In this document: positions 61,101 to 64,000 of the stretch, in pieces | Layout: each line of letters begins with the position of its first letter | Position numbering within the stretch: the stretch's first letter is position 1 | NCBI GenBank assembly: GCA_964016885.1 | Contig: OZ024756.1 | Coordinates: 2,294,001 to 2,358,000, forward strand | Length of the DNA: 64,000 nucleotides | Origin: Eledone cirrhosa | Taxonomy: Eukaryota | Reading direction: 5' to 3' | The notes under the pieces: generated by a model | Database searches by the model: none | What the model saw: the letters and a program-made list of their open reading frames with translations, nothing else | Told to the model about the DNA's origin: nothing | Made by a program: the position numbers and the translations under genes

Positions 61101-64000
61101 CTTGAGTAAAACACTTCATCTCACGTTGCTGGACTGGGTTATGTGTTGTGTTCTTGAGCAAGACGCTTCATCTCACGTTGCTTGTCTGGGTTATGTGTTG
61201 TGTTCTTGAGCAGGACACTTCATCTCACGTTGCTGGAATGGGTTATGTGTTGTGTTCTCTTGCAAAACACTTCATCTCAGTTGCTGGACTGGGTTATGTG
61301 TTGTGTTCTTGAGCAAGACACTTCATTTCACGTTGCTGGACTGGGTTATGTGTTATGTTCTTGAGCAACACACTTCATTTCACGTTGTTGAACTGGGTTA
61401 TGTGTTGTGTTCTTGAGCAGGACACTTCAACTCACGTTGCCGGACTGGGTTGTGTGTGGTGTTCTTGAGCAACACACTTTATCTCACATTACTGGACTGG
61501 GTTATGTGTTGTGTTCTTGAGCAAAACACTTCATCTCACATTACTGGACTGGGTTATGTGTTGTGTTCTTGAGAAAAACACTTCATCTCACGTTGCTGGA
61601 CTGGGTTATGTGTTGTGTTCTTGAGTAAAACACTTCATGTCACGTTGCTGGACTGGGTTATGTGTTGTGTTCTTGAGCAAGACACTTCATCCCACGTTGC
61701 TGGACTGGGTTATGTATTGTGTTCTTGAGCAATACACTTCATCTCACGTTGCTGGAATGGGTTATATGTTGTGTTATTGAGCAAGACACTTCAACTCACG
61801 TTGCTGGACTGGGTTATGTGTTGTGTTCATGAGCAGGACACTTCATCTCACGTTGCTGGACTGCGTTATGTGTTGTGTTCTTGAGCAAGACACTTCATCT
61901 CACGTTGCTGGACTGGGTTATATGTTGTGTTCTTGGGCAGGACACTTCATCTCACGTTGCTGGACTGGGTTATGTGTTGTGTTCTTGAGCAAAACACTTC
62001 ATCTCACATTGCTGGACTGGGTTATGTGTTGTGTTCTTGAGCAAAATACTTCATCTCACGTTGCTGGACTGGGTTATGTGTTGTGTTCTTGAGCAAGACA
62101 CTTCATCTCACGTTGCTGGACCGGGTTATGTGTTGTGTTTTTGAGCAATACACTTCATCTCACGTTGCTGGACTGGTTTATATGTTGTGTTCTTGAGCAA
62201 GACACTTCATCTCACGTTGCTGGACTGGGTTATGTGTTGTGTTCTTGAGCAAGACGCTTCATCTCACGTTGCTTGTCTGGGTTATGTGTTGTGTTCTTGA
62301 GCAGGACACTTCATCTCACGTTGCTGGACTGGGTTATGTGTTGTGTTCTCTTGCAAAACACTTCATCTCAGTTGCTGGACTGGGTTATGTGTTGTGTTCT
62401 TGAGCAAGACACTTCATTTCACGTTGCTGGACTGGGTTATGTGTTATGTTCTTGAGCAACACACTTCATTTCACGTTGTTGAACTGGGTTGTGTGTTGTG
62501 TTCTTGAGCAGGACACTTCATCTCACGTTGCTGGACTGGGTTGTGTGTGGTGTTCTTGAGCAAAACACTTTATCTAACATTACTGGACTGGGTTATGTGT
62601 TGTGTTCTTGAGCAAAATACTTCATCTCACATTACTGGACTGGGTTATGTGTTGTGTTCTTGAGAAAAACACTTCATCTCACATTACTGGACTGGGTTAT
62701 GTGTTGTGTTCTTGAGTAAAACACTTCATCTCACGTTGCTGGATTGGGTTATGTGTTGTGTTCTTGAGCAAGACACTTCATCTCACGTTGCTGGACTGGG
62801 TTATGTATTGTGTTCTTGAGCAATACACTTCATCTCACGTTGCTGGAATGGGTTATATGTTGTGTTATTGAGCAAGACACTTCAACTCACGTTGCTGGAC
62901 TGGGTTATGTGTTGTGTTCATGAGCAGGACACTTCATCTCACGTTGCTGGACTGCGTTATGTGTTGTGTTCTTGAGTAAGACGCTTCATCTCACGTTGCT
63001 GGACTGGGTTATATGTTGTGTTCTTGGGCAGAACACTTCATCTCACGTTGCTGGACTGGGTTATCTGTTGTGTTCTTGAGCAAAACACTTCATCTCACAT
63101 TGCTGGACTGGGTTATGTGTTGTGTTCTTGAGCAAAATACTTCATCTCACGTTGCTGGACTGTGTTATGTGTTGTGTTCTTGAGCAAGACACTTCATCTC
63201 ACGTTGCTGGACCGGGTTATGTGTTGTGTTCTTGAGCAAGACACTTCAATTCACGTTGCTGGACTGGGTTATGTGTTGTGTTCTTGAGCAGGACACTTCA
63301 TCTCACGTTGCTGGACTGGGTTGTGTGTTGTGTTCTTGAGCAAAACACTTCATCTCACGTTGCTGGACTGGGTTATGTGTTGTGTTCTTGAGCAGGACAC
63401 TTCATCTCACGTTGCTGGACTGGGTTATTGTATTATGTTCTTAGAGCAAAACACTTTATCTCACATTACCGGACTGGGTTATGTGTTGTGTTCTTGCGAA
63501 AAACACTTCATCTCACGTTGCTGGACTGGGTTATGTGTTGTGTTCTTGAGTAAAACACTTCATCTCACGTTGCTGGACTGGGTTATGTGTTGTGTTCTTG
63601 AGCAAGACACTTCATTTCACGTTGCTGGACTGGGTTATGTGTTGTGTTCTTGAGCAACACACTTCATTTCACGTTGCTGGACTGGGTTATGTGTTGTGTT
63701 CTTGAGCAAGACACTTCATCTAACGTTGCAGGACTGCCTTATGTGTTGTGTTCTTGAGCAATACACTTCATTTCACGTTGCTGGACTGGGTTATGTGTTG
63801 TGTTCTTGAGCAGGACACTTCATCTGACATTACTGGACTGGGTTAAGTGTGGTGTTCTTGAGCAAAACACTTCATCTCACATTACTGGACTGGGTTATGT
63901 GTTGTGTTCTTGAGCAAAACACTTCATCTCACGTTGCAGGACTGGGTTATGTGTTGTGTTCTTGAGCAGGACACTTCATCTCACGTTTCTGGACTGGGTT
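25141..64000 (+). repeat. 52-bp satellite, roughly 745 units in the window, with higher-order repeats; continues beyond the window end
   Basis: Uninterrupted head-to-tail GGACTGGGTTATGTGTTGTGTTCTTGAGCAARACACTTCAWCTCACGTTGCT with recurrent variant blocks. Confidence 0.99.

Noticed and set aside
27495-63653. Recurrent 87-141-aa ORFs in the satellite
   Set aside because: They arise when point variants remove the TGA in a 52-bp unit. They are useful only as higher-order-repeat markers.

Overview
Repeat-dominated eukaryotic DNA, most likely a cephalopod such as Octopus (inferred from the SINE types and dense (TA)n/(CA)n tracts). No intact host gene is recognisable, and almost all listed ORFs are translations of simple repeats. 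The first 25 kb contains micro- and minisatellites, tRNA-derived SINEs, a hAT/Charlie-like non-autonomous element carrying a 55-bp array, and many Penelope-like retroelement (PLE) pieces. The largest is a 5'-truncated RT + GIY-YIG element (about 21600-24330, minus strand) with one frameshift. Five sequence-unrelated type I hammerhead-ribozyme motifs lie in PLE terminal-repeat remnants, two of them inside long fold-back palindromes. A ~195-bp hairpin-headed element carrying half a hammerhead recurs in (TA)n tracts. The last ~39 kb is a 52-bp satellite with higher-order periodicity. It starts directly after a tRNA-like Pol III head and appears to derive from the SINE body. A second array with a homologous head points the opposite way at the window start.
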